A stretch of 64,000 bases of DNA from Octopus vulgaris (GCA_951406725.2 OX597815.1:117986001-118050000), one strand, 5' to 3'; shown: positions 13,259 through 28,520, numbered from the stretch's first letter. Made by a program: numbers and translations. The notes: a model not told the origin generated them from the sequence alone.

Positions 13259-13312
13259 CTTGGCTATTCATATATCTATCTCCATTGTTCCCCCCCCTCT
13301 GTCTACTTGCGG

Positions 13313-13353
<41 letters not shown>

Positions 13354-13354
13354 A

Positions 13355-13391
<37 letters not shown>

Positions 13392-13561
13392 GTCTATCTA
13401 TGTGTATCTGTCTGTATGTCTGTTTGTCAGTCTGTCTGTCTATCTACTTTATGTATACATAGCTATCTCCCTATCTATCTGTCTGTCAGTCTGTCTCTGT
13501 CAGCCTATCAGTCTGTCTTTATATAAATACCTCCTTTGCTCACTCTCTCCTCTTTCTCTTT

Positions 13562-13596
<35 letters not shown>

Positions 13597-13630
13597 TTCT
13601 AGTATCTCTTACTTTCCTTCTCTCTCTCTA
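13135..13630. repeat. (CTAT)n/(CTGT)n/(CT)n low-complexity array
   Basis: Direct reading. Confidence 0.92.
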
Positions 13631-14396
13631 TTATCGTCGAGGTTTGACCTACTTTGGGACCATATTAAAAGCCTAACGTCTGATCAAAGGTCATTTGCAA
13701 CGAAGACACCCCTAACCACTACTATCGGGTTACACTGACATTTCTTTTATAGGCTTACAAAAGCATAACACTTTACAATAATACATTATATTCCAGAGGG
13801 GGGGAAAAACTAGTATTTTTAGTTCAGAAAAACAAAGATTTTATTTAGATTCTACAAGCACTATATATAAGATGGATAATGTGACCCAGCATAAACCAAA
13901 GTCTAGCTTAAAGATGATTTTTTTTTTGTTGTCTCCAATATCGTGCAAAAAATAAATTTTACTTTTCAGAGAAATGAATGAAAACTAATCTGTTTTGACT
14001 GAATATTCATAGATATTTAGCCTTTTCAGGTTATAATTTAAATATTTAATTTTTTCCAGATCAAAATGATTGAAGGTCAAATCGGTTCATTTTACGGTTG
14101 AAGTACATATATCATAATATACCACTAATACACTCTGGCTCCGCATTTGGTTGAGAGGACTCAAGCCCCAAATCTGAATTTGTCTGTGTTAACTACATCG
14201 CAAAGATGGAGTCTTGTATCTTTGTTGGAAACCGGCTCCCTCCTCAATGGAAGATTTATAACAATTAAAAAATAGAAGAGACATACATACATTCATACAT
14301 ACACACACACATATATATATATATATATGTATACATACATATATGCATATACATACAGCCACACACACACACAGGCATACAGTGTGTGTGTTATCA

Positions 14397-14622
14397 ACCT
14401 TAAATATTTCTAAAGAACTCTTTGAAAAACACTCATATCAATCCTTAAATAAAATCGTTATCAATTCCTTAAAAAGTCAAATCAATTATTTTAAACATAG
14501 AACAGTACTATGCTTTATTCTTAATGACATTTCTTAATTACATTATTTAATGGATGCCTTTGATTCCAAGACGTTTTTGAGCTTATTTGTGATAATACTC
14601 TTCAATGAAGGCTTTTTGACAC
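14397..14622 (-). mobile_element. dispersed ~230-bp repeat (copy 2) with a hammerhead-like motif
   Basis: Homologous to 9268-9505; minus strand reads TTGAAGAG..CTC-AAAAACGTC. Confidence 0.6.
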
Positions 14623-14690
14623 TTCCAGCTAATGCTTCTTCTCCTCAATATATTTTACTTGCTTCAGTCATTAAACTGCAACCAAGCCTG

Positions 14691-14760
<70 letters not shown>

Positions 14761-14806
14761 GCTAGCTAGCTAGCTAGCTATCAATCTCTCTCTCTCTTTC
14801 TTCTCT

Positions 14807-14839
<33 letters not shown>

Positions 14840-15721
14840 TATATATATATATATATGTGTGTGTGTATGTATGTATAAAGGATATGAGGAGTTTTCGTCC
14901 GGATGAGTGCTCTATTAGGTGTGTTTCCAAAATTCCAGTCTCAACAGCTGTTGAAGTGGTGCTTATGTGATAGTCTTGTTCAAAACTGCTAACAGTGTCT
15001 CCCATTTGAGTCAGTGGACGTAGGTTAAATATGTGAGAAAAGGCGTTGATTTCAAGCTCTGAATAAACACCACAGCTATTCTGCTCCACCAATGTGTTTT
15101 GGGAACCGACTATTACCAACACTCTAATACCAACAACATCATCCAGCTACATCTATGAGCGAAATATAAATTTTATAACTTAAAAGCCTATTATGTCACC
15201 TGATGAGGTTTCTTCTGCACAGTGGGGTACATTCGATTTCATTATATCGTTGCTCACCCACAAGGGAGCAGTACAGAAGTATGCCAAAACGATTGTTCTG
15301 ATACACTCTGTCTTTCGTATCAAACACTTAGAATATATATAAATATATCACTAGAAAGTATGTTTTCTTTTTTTTTATGGACAACATAATATATTTCGAA
15401 TCAGCCAATTTCGTTTAACAATACAGGTAAGCGTTTCAAGAAATGCACGTGCGCATGCACATAGGCGTATATTCATTCACATTTACGTCCACGTATACAT
15501 ACATACACACACTGAAGCATGTACATAATCATTGCTAGCACAGGCACAAGACCATAAGTATGAGGAGAAAGGAGATGGGTTTTAGCCGACTACATTGACG
15601 CGGTACTTGACTGATACTTCAACTTAATCGACTCTGAAAAGATGAAAAACAAAAGTGAGCTTTTGGACGCAACAACCCGGAATACCGGCAGACATTTTGT
15701 CTCGTACTCGAACGATTCTCT

Positions 15722-16132
15722 CTTTACTCTTTTACTCTTTTACTTGTTTCAGTCATTTGACTGCGGCCATGCTGGAGCACCGCCTTTAGTCGAGCAAATC
15801 GACCCCAGGACTTGTTCTGTGTAAGCTCAGTACATATTCTATCGGTTTCTTTTGCCGAACCGCTAAGTGACGGCGACGTAAACACACTAGTATCGGTTGT
15901 CAAGCAATGTTAGGGAGACAAACACAGACACACAAACATACACGTACATACATATATATACATATATACGAAGGGCTTCTTTCAGTTTCCGTCTACCAAA
16001 TCCACTCACAAGGCTTTGATCGGCCCGAGGCTATAGTAGAAGACACTTGCCCAAGGTGCCACGCAGTGGAACTGAACCCGGAACCATGTAGTTGGTAAAC
16101 AAGCTACTTACCACACAGCCACTCCTGCGCCT
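15722..16132 (-). mobile_element. SINE family A, full length
   Basis: Reverse complement of aggagtggctgtgtggtaag..gggttcag..ccttgggcaagtgtctt..[(TA)n(TG)n]..ggcggtgctccagcatggcc..gaaacaag(taaaagag)n. Confidence 0.92.
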
Positions 16133-16382
16133 GTCGCATTATTTTATATGCATTAATAAATGTAATAATTCTTCGGTTTAGTCTTATAGAGTAATTCACC
16201 TCGGTGCAAGCATTTCAACATCTGAGTTATTCATCACTAAGGGATCAAATCAGATCGAAACACCGTTTCTGGCGATCCACTGACGTTCTGGGCAAAGTAT
16301 TATGTTTTTAACACACGAGTTCCTTTGAGAAGCTCCTCTGAGACAATACATTATAGCTAATAGTGTTCCACGTTTGTATATA

Positions 16383-16934
16383 TTGGGTTGTCCGGAAAGT
16401 TCGTGCCGATTTATAGTAGCCTACCGTACGACTTATTTTAGAACATGGTTGAGTGCATAAAATAGGATTTGACTACACCTTCATTTAGAGCACAGTTTAA
16501 GCTATCTTTTCGTGGAAGAAGGTTTATGTTCCTATAACCTGTGATAATTCTGTAACCCTTTAAAATGGAAGATAAGAAAGTTCATTTTCGGTGCTTGATG
16601 CTTTGGGAACCAGACAAAAATTGCTGCAGCTCGGCTGGGATGTGTTACCCTACCCTCCATATTCACCAGATATTGCTCCTTCGGATTTCCACTTATTCAG
16701 GTCTCTGCAGAATAGTCTTAATGGTAAAAATTTCAATTCCTTGGATGACGTAAAAAGATACCTTGCCATTAAACCACCTCAATTCTGGGAAGAGGGTATT
16801 TTCAAGTTAAAGGAAAGATAGAGACACATTGTGCCACAAAATAGTTCTTATTTGGTTGATTAAAATGTAATGGCAAGTATTTATTGGCTTCTTCTTTCCT
16901 TTAAAAATCGGCACGAACTTTCCGGACAACCCAA
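16383..16934 (+). mobile_element. internally deleted mariner (DD34D) element
   Basis: Perfect TIR TTGGGTTGTCCGGAAAGTTCGTGCCGATTT with TA TSD; N-terminus MEDKKVHFR fused to LGWDVLPYPPYSPDIAPSDFHLFRSLQN. Confidence 0.95.
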
Positions 16935-17088
16935 TATGTTATAAATCTTAAGCTACCGGTATTTTAATCTAAAGCTGTTTCAAGTGCATATCTTAATTTA
17001 ATTCTAGCCTGGTAAACTTTCGCACGAATCAGAAATGTTTTGCTTAAAGTTTTCTATACCGAGCAACATTGAGTGAATTTGGGAGATA

Positions 17089-18380
17089 CGAGGGGCGTTC
17101 AATAAGTAATGCCCCTGACCCATTTCCCATAACAGTAGAGCAACGAAACTTGGCACAGGTATTAGTCTTTTTCAGCATAGGAACAACCCATAGTTATGCA
17201 TTTCTCCCATCGTTTGATGCAGCTCTGGAGACCGTTTTCGTAGAAGACCCCAGCTTAGTCCTCCAACCACGACGTGACTTCAGAAATCAAGGCTGCATCA
17301 TCTGGGAAATGCTTTCCTTTCAAAAACAACTTCATGGCTGGGAAGAGGTGAAAATCAGAGGGTGCAAGGTCAGGAGAGTAGGGGGGTGGGGGAAGAGTTC
17401 ATAGCCGCACGCCTGTGCTTCTCATCTGGCGACACGCGAGTTGTGGACCGGAGCGTTGTCCTGCAAGAGGAGGATGCCTTTGCTGATCTTGCCCGCCTCT
17501 TGGTTTTGATAGTTTCTCTTAATTTCCTCAAAAGTGAAGCATGATAGGCTCCTGTAATTGTGGTACCCTTTGCCAGGAAATTTGTCATCACTACTCCGTC
17601 CTGGTCCCAGAAGACTGTGAGCATGACCTTGCCAGCGGAGGGCTGCACCCTTGCCTACTTTGGAGGAGGTGAGTTATGGTGCTTCCACTGCATTGACTGG
17701 GCTTTGGTCTCTGGATCATAGTGATGGACCCTGGTCTCATCCTGTGTAATCAGTCTTTTGAAAAATTTTGACTCATCTTCTTGGCACATCCCTAAATTCA
17801 TCCTCGAGCACTCGACGCGTTTTTTGCTTCTGGAAAAGAGTGAGCAGCCTGGGAATCCATCTGGCAGACACCTTTTGCATATGCAAATGGTCATGAATGA
17901 TAGTTTCCACAGACCCGGTACTAATCTTGACCTCATGGGCTATTTGGCGAATAGTTATGCGTCGATCTTCCAAAATGGCAGCCTCAACTTGACGGACAGA
18001 TGCCTCATCAATGGCAGAAGGAGTGCGACCAGATCTGGGAGCTGTTTCCACAGAGTTCCGACCATGTTTGAATTCACGATGCCAGCGTTTTACAAGGTCA
18101 TATGATGGGGCATCATCACCATAAGTTACTTTCATTTCATCAAAAGTCTCCTGTGGTGTGCGTCATTTCAAATACAAAAACCGGATCACTGCTCGACACT
18201 CAACAGGCTCCATTTCCCACTTGACTCATTTCAAACACATGTAAATCACAAACCACAATTAGTTCGGAGCTGTAATTTTCCACTTAATCTATAGAGATAT
18301 AAATAATTGCACATGCAAAATTTCAGCTACATCAAACAACGGCAAGTGGGTCAGAGGCATTACTTATTGAACGCCCCTCG
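17089..18380 (-). mobile_element. full-length mariner (irritans-like), 1292 bp, inserted in a family A SINE
   Basis: TIR CGAGGGGCGTTCAATAAGTAATGCC at both ends with TA TSD. Confidence 0.96.
17162..18213 (-). pseudogene. mariner transposase pseudogene
   Basis: MEPVECRAVIRFL*..PRSGR, KVSARWIPRLLT, LITQDET, SAGKVMLTVFWD, SPDLAPSDFHLFP; stop TAA at 17162-17164; has an internal stop and frameshifts. Confidence 0.93.
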
Positions 18381-18382
18381 TA

Positions 18383-18680
18383 GACACTGAGTGGAAGCCC
18401 ATTAAATATATGTGTGTGTGTTCGCGTGCGCGATGTGTGTGTATATGTGTGCGTGTATGTGTGTGACTTTTTCTGTCAGTGTTTGTCCTCCACCTACCAC
18501 TACTTGTTAACCGGCGTTGATTTATTTACGTTCCCGTAATTTAGCAGCTAGGCGAATGAAACCGATAAAATAAGTACCAGGCTTAAGCAATAAGTACTGA
18601 GATTGATTTGTTTATCTAAACACTTCAAGGCAGTACTCCAGCATGGCCGCAGTCCAATATCTGAAACAAGTAAAAGATAC
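18383..18680 (+). mobile_element. SINE family A, 3' portion (5' stub at about 17070-17086)
   Basis: tgagtgaatttgggaga|TA-mariner-TA|gacactgagtggaagccc reconstitutes the SINE middle; typical tail ccagcatggccgcagtcc..gaaacaagtaaaaga. Confidence 0.82.
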
Positions 18681-19639
18681 AAATTTGTTCAAAATTAGTA
18701 AATTTGTCAATAAGTTTGGAGCAATGTTTATTTAAAAATATAACTGTTACATAGTTGCGGTGCAACGAAAATTTTTTTCTTTTAAAGAATTTTTTCCTAT
18801 CTTCTTTCATTTATAATATAATCACTTTTGTGATGATTTGTTTTTACACTGAAATTTCTAAGACATTAAAAGTATTTTAGCTAAATTTCCGAATTTGATA
18901 TTTTGAAAATGATTTTCACAAAAATGAAAAATATTTCAAATATTGAAGAATGAAACAAATACATGTATATTTTCGTTTTGTTTTCTAGAAAGAAATGTTA
19001 TTTTGAAATGCCATCTAAGTCTTCAAATGCCAGCTACCATCATTTGTCTCTAACTCTAGCAATCAGTGGTCAGCATTGATATCTTCTAATTTTAAAGACC
19101 AGCGTCTCTAAAAGGTAATATCTAACATTACTAAAGAGGTTCATTTTTCTGAAATTAGTAAAGAATACGGCTGCTAAAAAAAGAATGAAGAAATTACTCT
19201 AATTGAAATAGTATTTTGTGAACATTCGATATTTGAGTCGTTACCTAAATTTATCATTGAAACTTAATCATGTGTCAAAAGGTCAGCAAATGTTTAGAAA
19301 ATAAATGTCGAGTGCAATAAAATAACTTTTTAATTGAACTATTCTTAAATGAACCAAAAATTCATTGTTATTTGCTGTTTGGAAAACTAATCTTTCTGTA
19401 ACGTTAAATATTCTATTAGTCTGTTTGTAATTTTTTTGCCACTTTTTAAGTTATAGCAATAATGCATTTCAACATTGTAATACATTGAAGCAATAGTTTA
19501 TTTTACAAGGAACAAAGTTCTATGTTTTCGAAAACTTATAAATGGGATGGTGTGAGATAGATGCCCTCCCTATAAACGATATGAACTCAAATGGAAATTG
19601 AAACCAAAGTATAAATAAATAAATAAAAAATATATATAT

Positions 19640-20593
<954 letters not shown>

Positions 20594-20599
20594 TATCTT

Positions 20600-21203
20600 A
20601 ATAATTCCGATGCGCACTCTACGACCTATCTCTATTCTATCTCCTTCTGTTGTTCTTCTTTTCTGTTTTACTCTGCCACCCTTTCTCTAATTCTTCTCCT
20701 CTCCCCTTCACCGTTCCCCCCTTTCTCTCTCTCTCTCTCTCTCTTTCACTCTTCCTCCTTGACTCTCTCGCTTCTCACACGTGACCAACGGCTATCTATC
20801 TTTCTTTCTTTCTTTCTTCCACTTCCTTCCTAAAGGCAAGACGTGCTTTTGCCTGTCTCTTCTCAAAGCTTGTTTTTCCGGCGTTCACCACTTTGTTTTT
20901 ACTGTTTTGTTCTTACTGTCCTGTTTTTGTTACCACTTTAACCCTCGGCAAAAAATCCCAAATTTTATTTAATTTGCTTTGCGGGAAGGACTGTATTAAC
21001 GAAGTCGCATCCTGTCCCTACCTTCGAAACGCGGAGTAGATAAAACAGGGGACAACTGATAAAGGGAATGTTCTTTATGTTGCCTGTCTCGTTTCTCCAT
21101 TTGTTTTTTTTTTCGTTGTTCGAAAAAAAGTTCGTTTTCCATGCTTTTGTTTTTATGTTCTCGTTTCTCGTTTTGTTCACGTTTTTTTGACATCCTGTAT
21201 CCA
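20600..21203 (+). mobile_element. non-coding (TA)n-embedded repeat, possibly Penelope pLTR-like
   Basis: Pyrimidine-rich body; the block cgaaacgcggagtagataaaacag..gacaactgataaaggg recurs on the minus strand near 58585-58630. Confidence 0.45.
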
Positions 21204-21300
21204 TATATGCATGTATATATACATATATATGTAGGCATCTACATGTATGTGTGTATATATGCATATATATATATATATATACATACATATATATATGTAA

Positions 21301-21680
21301 GGGCAAGAGTGGCTGTGTGGTAAGTAACTTGCTTACCAACCACGTGGTTCCGGGTTAAGTGTCTCTTAAGATAGCCTCGGGCCAATTAAAGCTTTGTGAT
21401 TAGATTTGGTAGACGGCAACTGAAAGAATCCCGTCATGTGTATATATATGTATGTATGTGTGTGTGTGTGTTTGTGTGTCTGTGTTTGTTCCCCTACCAA
21501 TGCTTGACAACAGAGGCTGGTTTGTTTACGTCCCCGTAACTTAGCAGTTAGGCAAAAGAAACCGATAGAATAAGTACTGGGCTTATAAAGAATAAGTCCT
21601 GGGGTCGATTGTTCGACTAAATGCGGTGCTCCAGCATGGCGACAGTCAACTGACCGAAACAGATAAAAGAGTAAAAGAGA
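21301..21680 (+). mobile_element. SINE family A (short internal deletion)
   Basis: gagtggctgtgtggtaag head through tail gcggtgctccagcatggc..gaaacagataaaagag. Confidence 0.9.
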
Positions 21681-21779
21681 ATATACTTACATACATACAT
21701 ACATTCATGCATACATGCATTCATACATACATACATACATACATACATACATACATACATACATACATGGATACATACA

Positions 21780-21815
<36 letters not shown>

Positions 21816-21824
21816 TATATATGC

Positions 21825-21970
21825 AACGAGATTCCATACAGTTTCCGCCTACCAAACTCATTCACAAAGCAATGGTCGCTCCGGGGCTATAGCAGATACT
21901 TGACTAAGGTCCCGCACAGCAGCATTGAACCCGAAAGCTCGTGGTTATGAAGAGAGCTTTTTGATTACAA
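21825..21970 (-). mobile_element. SINE family A, 5' half, diverged
   Basis: cagtttccgcctaccaaa..ggctatagcaga..gaacccgaaa. Confidence 0.7.
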
Positions 21971-24900
21971 AGTCTCGGGAATGGACATAATAATGTGTTT
22001 GCAATAGCGAAAAAATTCACTGACCTAAGCATTGAGACAGTACTGTCCACTCATTTAAACAGGAACTTTATTCTCTCTTCAACTGTTGGTCAAAATTTAC
22101 ATCATTCTTGGTGATGAATAATACCTAATTATAAGCTCTTGACACTTAAATATATTGGAAATTGCAATTTCAAAATATTTTTACAGTGTTTATTATGTTT
22201 TTCTGCCACCAATATATTGCCTAAATAAACATCGGTCCAGCTAAAAAAGCAAGGCTTGCTGGAGAAAATGAAGTTTTATTCACCAACAATCCTCAGGCAA
22301 AAATGTCGATTTTTGTGAATGCTTCCACTTCTGCAGAAAGTAATTAATAATAAATCTATATATTACCCAAATGTGATAGGATCAATCGACTGTCATTTTC
22401 GTAATCATAGCTATCTGTCAATACATGAATGAAATGGAAACTTTGACGCATGGTCTTTCTCAATTGCATCGACAACGCAACTGAAGTGAAATAACTCTAT
22501 GAACCGAAACTGATTCTCTACTTTTCACCGTTTACTACAAGACCAAGGTATAAAAGTAACTGAGAATAGCACGAAAGGATAATAGTGTTCAGTTTATATG
22601 TTTTCTACCTTCAACCTCTTCTCCTTAAGTACGCATATTTCTACAGCAGCAGAAAATAAGCTGTTTAATCGAATGCAGCGAAGTAGCAGAACGATATTAT
22701 ATACGGCAGGTATGGATAACATTATCAATAGTTAATCATTCGAATTTATTAAAGCATGAATAAAATGTCCCTTGCAACAATAGTTGATTATAGTGAATTG
22801 AACAGCTGTTTATTGGGTTTGGCAGCTGTTCTAAGAAGAGAGTGGGTGGTTTACTGAAATTGCTTATATAGCTTGCCATCTAAATGTTATGGCACATTTA
22901 ATAATGCTGATTATCTCGGCTGCCCCAAATTCTCGATTCTTACGTCAGTATACTATCGATAAACCATACGTATGGAGCAAAATGTGTCTGTTTATCATTA
23001 TTTCTTTAAAAAATATATCGTGTTTAGAGTTACAATGATTGCACCATGTGGAAAATTGAACGCAAGTTCATGGTGAATATTAAATAAAAGTACATCAATG
23101 TTTTGGAATAATTAACTAACTTCACGATTCATGTACTGATTTGGTATATCCCACGTACACACAGAGGACACGCGTGATTATTTGAATTTCTGTAAGGATA
23201 GGAGGCAATTCCGGACACCTTTGATTATATTAGACAATTAGAACTCCTCAGTGAAGCAACGAGTTCTCAGTACTCACCAAAGTAATGTGGGAGACTCCTA
23301 CCGCGTATTTTCTAATCAGCGTTTCTAATTAGATTTTCAATGCCCGCTACAACATATATGTTAACGTTAACGTAACTACTGCTTTACATGAGGGCGGCAT
23401 CTCTGGGTGTTAACGTCAGGGGTTAATCGTTCAGAGAGTTGTGAATGTTTGTTCCCATGTCGTGAGCATCGCACTGCAACAGTAATTAAAAAAATGGCTA
23501 AAAGATTTATCAACCGATACTGCATTGCAGTCAGTTAATCATTCATTGAATATTACATATTCCTGTTTTTCAGTTGTGTCTGCATCATTTTAGCAACCTA
23601 TGACGTAACGTTCTTTGTGGGTTTATTGGTTAACAAAAATGTCGATGGAACGTGGTCACTCGTTGTTTACGTTCGTCCTTCATTCTCTGAAGATTTCCAT
23701 ATTGTGGGTCCTGAGGTGGCTCATTAGACCAATATTAGCATAAAATCCAAGGTTACTGTGAGGATACAGAGCAGAATCAGGACCCAGTGGGACTCTTGCT
23801 TCCCGTGTAACCTTCTTTTTGGTTCATTCGTTGTTAGAAATAGCAGTCAGATTCCACTCATATCACATTCTACCATCATTAAAATAAACGACATATACAT
23901 TATTATATAGTCCAAGATAAAGAGTGTCTGAAAAGATGAAACGGTCATGACTGGAGTGACGCACTAAAAATCCTGCCAATTCGCCACCTTGTCGGAGTCA
24001 TTTAATAACACGTGAAAATGGTTAAATTGACTCTTAATTTATTCCGTGTAAATAAATTAAAAATGATTCTAGTAATTTTCTGAGGTATTTAAATGACTAA
24101 TATAGCTCTCCCATACAGTAATTGCTCCAGTTTCAACAAACGGTTTCAAATCATTAACTAGATAAATGCAACTCTGAAATATGCATTATTCACAAACTAA
24201 ACATACTTGGACTTGAACGTAGGTTGCTAGTTATATGTTTATGAATGATTCTATAAAAAAAAACGAGGCATAATAGGTTCGGTTGTTCTAATGTCTGTTA
24301 AGTAAGTGATTCTCATACGGAAAGCGGATTTCGCTGAATCTGACCCATTTTATTTTGGTTTAGTATATCATTGTTTATTATGTAAACCTTCAATTACGAA
24401 ATCGGTTTTCACGCAGCAAACAGTAAAAAAAAAAAAAATCTTGACAATTACTTGGTGTGTTCGTAAAAAGTATATTCTCAGCTATTCTTCAAGTTGCTAA
24501 TTCATCTTAGTATGCAACGAATTGACTTAATAGATGGTTTTGATTCAGAGAATATATATATATATAATATTATGTATGTATGTATGTATGTACACATGCA
24601 CAAAACACGATATTGAACCTATGGAGATACGGCTTACTTGGATGTATATATATGTAATAAATGAAGAGCTAAATAGATATTTTTGATTATTGATTGAAGA
24701 AAACATTGCAGTTAGCTCAGCTGGTTTAGTTTATATAAATATATATATATATTTTTTTAAATACATCATCAACTTCGTTTTTCACCTCCTCTAAAAATTT
24801 CCTCCAGACATTTTGAAATATATTTCAATCAGCAACTAGAGGGAGGTGTATTTATTGATTACAAGTTCTACCCCTGCACATCTTTGATTAAAATCACAGT

Positions 24901-25479
24901 TTGTTTTTGATAACATCTTTTTTCCATTATTGATTTGATTTCCAGTGTAAAAAGAGAAACAACGTAATTTTAATGATATAAACCGAACAAAATGTGGAAG
25001 CCAAACAAATTAAAGGCAGTAGATCGTAAGCAAAGTAGCATATTGATTATACAGATCGAATTAAAATTCGATTAAAGCATAATTTTCTTTTTAAAATGTA
25101 ACTATTTTGTAAATATATTATTTTGCTTTGATTGTTTGATTTCCTAGGAAACTTGTAAAAAAAAATGCTAAAGAATTCTTGCTCTTTATGCTTTCTCATT
25201 CAGTGTCAATGTGAACTTGCGTGCGATAACACTGATGTATAAGTGTATTCACTGAATATTGTTTGAAATTTTAATTTAAATAATTTAGAGTTTAACCATA
25301 AAAAAGCAGCCAGTAGGAAATTCGTGGCAATAACGGAATGGTATGGAATAGGACCAAAAAGAATAAAGATATCAGTTTCGCTAATTATTATCATTACCGC
25401 TATGCCAGTGTTCAGAGAAAATCAGATCAAATACAAAGAACGGTATCATAATTCGAAATGGAAGAAATCACACGAGGGG

Positions 25480-25760
25480 AAATTTTTTCTGCTTGTTAAT
25501 ATGATTTAGAGGTCACAGTTCCGGTACAATGAACATGTGGTTAGAATGTCGTGTGAAAGGATCGCAAGACAAATTCTTGAAGCCGAACCAAGAAGGAGAT
25601 GGTTGGATAACATCCATAGTCTTAGTTGGTCACGCCTTGGAGTCCAGCAGGGAAGTGTAATGAGGTTTACTTTTGATAGGACCCTATGGAGAACGTGCCT
25701 GTAAGCTGCACCCCGACAACTTCTCAGGAATAGTAGGCCATGAAAATGGATGAATAGAAG
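25480..25760 (+). mobile_element. RTE-clade (Rex3/Expander-like) LINE 3' fragment
   Basis: RSQFRYNEHVVRMSCERIARQILEAEP/RRRWLDNIHSLSWSRLGV..DRTLWR resembles the RTE C-terminal GHV.RM..RW.D..W.RLG..DR..W pattern. Confidence 0.75.
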
Positions 25761-27017
25761 AACGATTCATAATACAGTCGATTGGCAGAGACAGAGCATC
25801 GAATAGAATACGTTGCAATGTTTGTTTCCATGTCTCAGCGTGCTCAGTAAAAATTTCGCCGAGGTTAAATTTAGTTTTCACGTTTTCGAGGTCGATAAAT
25901 AAAGTACGATAAAGTACACTTAGCATTCCACACTTTCATCAAATACCAGATCCTGGATTTTTTCCTGTGTCTAGGATCAGAGGGTTGGCAAGGTCCATGT
26001 GTCTGCTCGCGACTACGTGAATATTTAAAACAGTTAGCGGAAACGTAGTACGTGCACCAAATCATCTTCGATTTCAGGTAACAGTGATGCCATGGTAAAA
26101 ACGCAAAAACTCTCTTAAGAAAACCCTAGATGCGACGGAAAAGTGTTGTACCTATAGTAACTACGTTTCACTACATATAAGAGTATGAAGACTATACCTA
26201 CTGTTGAAAAAACTTCTCTTAAACGAAGAGTTAGCCCTCCAGTAATCATACGCCATACGAACTTATCTCAATTATCAGACCTCACTAAATAAGTTTTGCC
26301 AAAGCATATCACTACCTTTTTGCACACTAAAAAGAGTTATGGGTATGAGTTAACTCTTTGCATGCCCAAAGCATTTTCATAAATTTGCCCTAAACATTCA
26401 TGCTTGTTTTCAAAATTTAACTTAGCCCCAATTTCAAACCTTCTGAGTAATATAAAGTTTTTTCCTTTGATAAACCCCAAGTTATGCTGGTGGTTGAATA
26501 AAATTGGGAATGCACTTCGTATATGATGTATGGAAACGAAAAATAAAAAATCCTGTGTATCATATGATACTAAGGACAGGCAAAAAGTTAAAGGAAAAGA
26601 AAAGGGTATGAGCAGATAAAGCTTGAATTTTCCTATTATTCCATGTTATGTTTTAATAAATGTTTGAGAGAGACAGACAGAGAGATGGGGGATGAGAGAG
26701 AGACAGATAGATAGTTAGAAGAGCATCATCATAATTAACTCAGAGATCATTCTAATTTTGTGGCATGAAAATATGTATGTGCCATTCATGTCAACTTCTA
26801 TTCTTTCACAAACTTGACGTCTTGCTGGGACATTTAGTAAGTCTCATATTTCCTAACATTGCTGAAATCTTATTCATCATCTTTAAACACAGTTTATCTG
26901 GGGCTAATCCAAGTACTTAATAAGGTTATAACAACTTCTTGTGGGAGGTTTGTTTACTTTCTTTATGATTTCAAGTACGACACACTCGCACTCACCCCAC
27001 TCTCTCTCATTCACCCA

Positions 27018-27058
<41 letters not shown>

Positions 27059-27094
27059 ACAAACTATCTATTTATCTATCTATCTATCTATCTG

Positions 27095-27177
<83 letters not shown>

Positions 27178-27237
27178 CTATGTATCTGTCGGTCTAATCA
27201 TCTGTCTGTCTGTCTCTGTCTCTCTCTCTCTCTATCT
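27018..27237. repeat. (CTAT)n(CT)n array
   Basis: Direct reading. Confidence 0.93.
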
Positions 27238-27492
27238 CAAATAGCTGAAATGACTCATAAGGCTGAGCATATTGGTTTTCTTCCACATAAATGCAAGTAT
27301 GACTGTGGTTAAGAAATTCGCTCGCAACCATATAGTTTAGGGTTCTATCTCATTGTGCAGCACTTTGGTATTTAAGATGCATCTTTTCCAATTATTTATG
27401 ACAGAACAGTCCCCTTTCACACAGAGAAAATAACGGTATTGTTTCAATAGATATTGGTACCACTGCAGACTATTTTACCAGATAGTGTATAC

Positions 27493-27902
27493 AGGAGTAG
27501 GTATAGCTGTATAGTTAAAATGCTGGCTTTGCAACCTCTAGCTTTCGAGTTCAGTCCCACTGTGACAATTGTCTTCTATTATAGCCTTGGGTTGACTGAT
27601 GCCTTATGAGTGGATTTGGTATACATCTGTGGAAGCATGTTCTATGTGTGTATATAGATATGTATATAGGTCTTTGTGATTGTGCTTGTTTCTACCCCAT
27701 CACTTGACAGCCGATGTTGGTTTGTTGCGGTCCCCATAACATAGCGGTTCGACAAACGAGACCGACAAAGTAACTTACAGACGTTGAAAATAAGTACGGG
27801 CTAGTGTGTGTGAGGAGGGGGGATATGTTCGACTATACCCTTCAAGGTGGCTCCCCAAACAAGGCCGCAGGTCCAGTAACTAAAACAAGTAAACGATAAA
27901 AG
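27493..27902 (+). mobile_element. SINE family A, old copy
   Basis: gagttcagtcccactg, gtcttctattatagcc, tgagtggatttggta, and tail ggccgcag..aaacaagtaaa. Confidence 0.8.
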
Positions 27903-28204
27903 GTATGTGAATCCTTTGTTGATGCTGTAGATTTCCGATATTTTACAATCGTAACACTCTGAAGCTCGGCGAATGAAAGGAAGAGTAAGGAATAGTTCTA
28001 AAAAGAGTAGCTCCGGTGAGAAAGGAGTAGATAAACTCTATGAGCTTAAACTTCCCGTGGGTTGGTGAGACGGATTAAATATGCTTAGTTGAGGGTAATA
28101 ATATATTATGCATGCATACGTACATACATCTCGTTTCATCTTATCTTCTTCGCCTAATTATTCCTGGGAGGTTTGTTGGAAAAGGATCCTAGAGCACACT
28201 TATC

Positions 28205-28520
28205 GATTAGATCGACCCAAGTTCTCAACTGGTACTTATTTTATCGACCCCAGAAAGAATGAAAGGTAAAGTTGATCTTGGCGGAACTTAAACTCAGAGT
28301 AAAGACGGACAAAATACCGCTAAGCATTTCGCCCGGTGTGCAAACAATTCTGCCAGCTCACCGGCTCCCCACTTACTTATAATATATATATACATAGTCG
28401 ACCTCGGCGGAATTTGAACTCACAACGTAACGCAGACGAAATACCGCTAAGCATTTCGCCCGGTATGCAAACAATTCTGCCAGCTCACCGGCTCCCCACT
28501 TACTTATAATATATATACAT
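28205..28520 (-). mobile_element. SINE family B with a nested younger fragment and an ~82-bp direct duplication
   Basis: 28312-28394 is nearly identical to 28439-28519. Confidence 0.85.

Noticed and set aside
14880-15160. Complex segment with a 113-aa minus-strand ORF
   Set aside because: No recognisable domain and the ORF runs into microsatellite; left unannotated.
26188-26240. aagactatac.. resembling the U3 snoRNA 5' end
   Set aside because: Only about 10 nt match; box A (GGATCATTTCT) and the downstream boxes are absent.
26231-26591. Possible TTAA-flanked piggyBac-like MITE
   Set aside because: The terminal similarity is too degenerate to support by eye.
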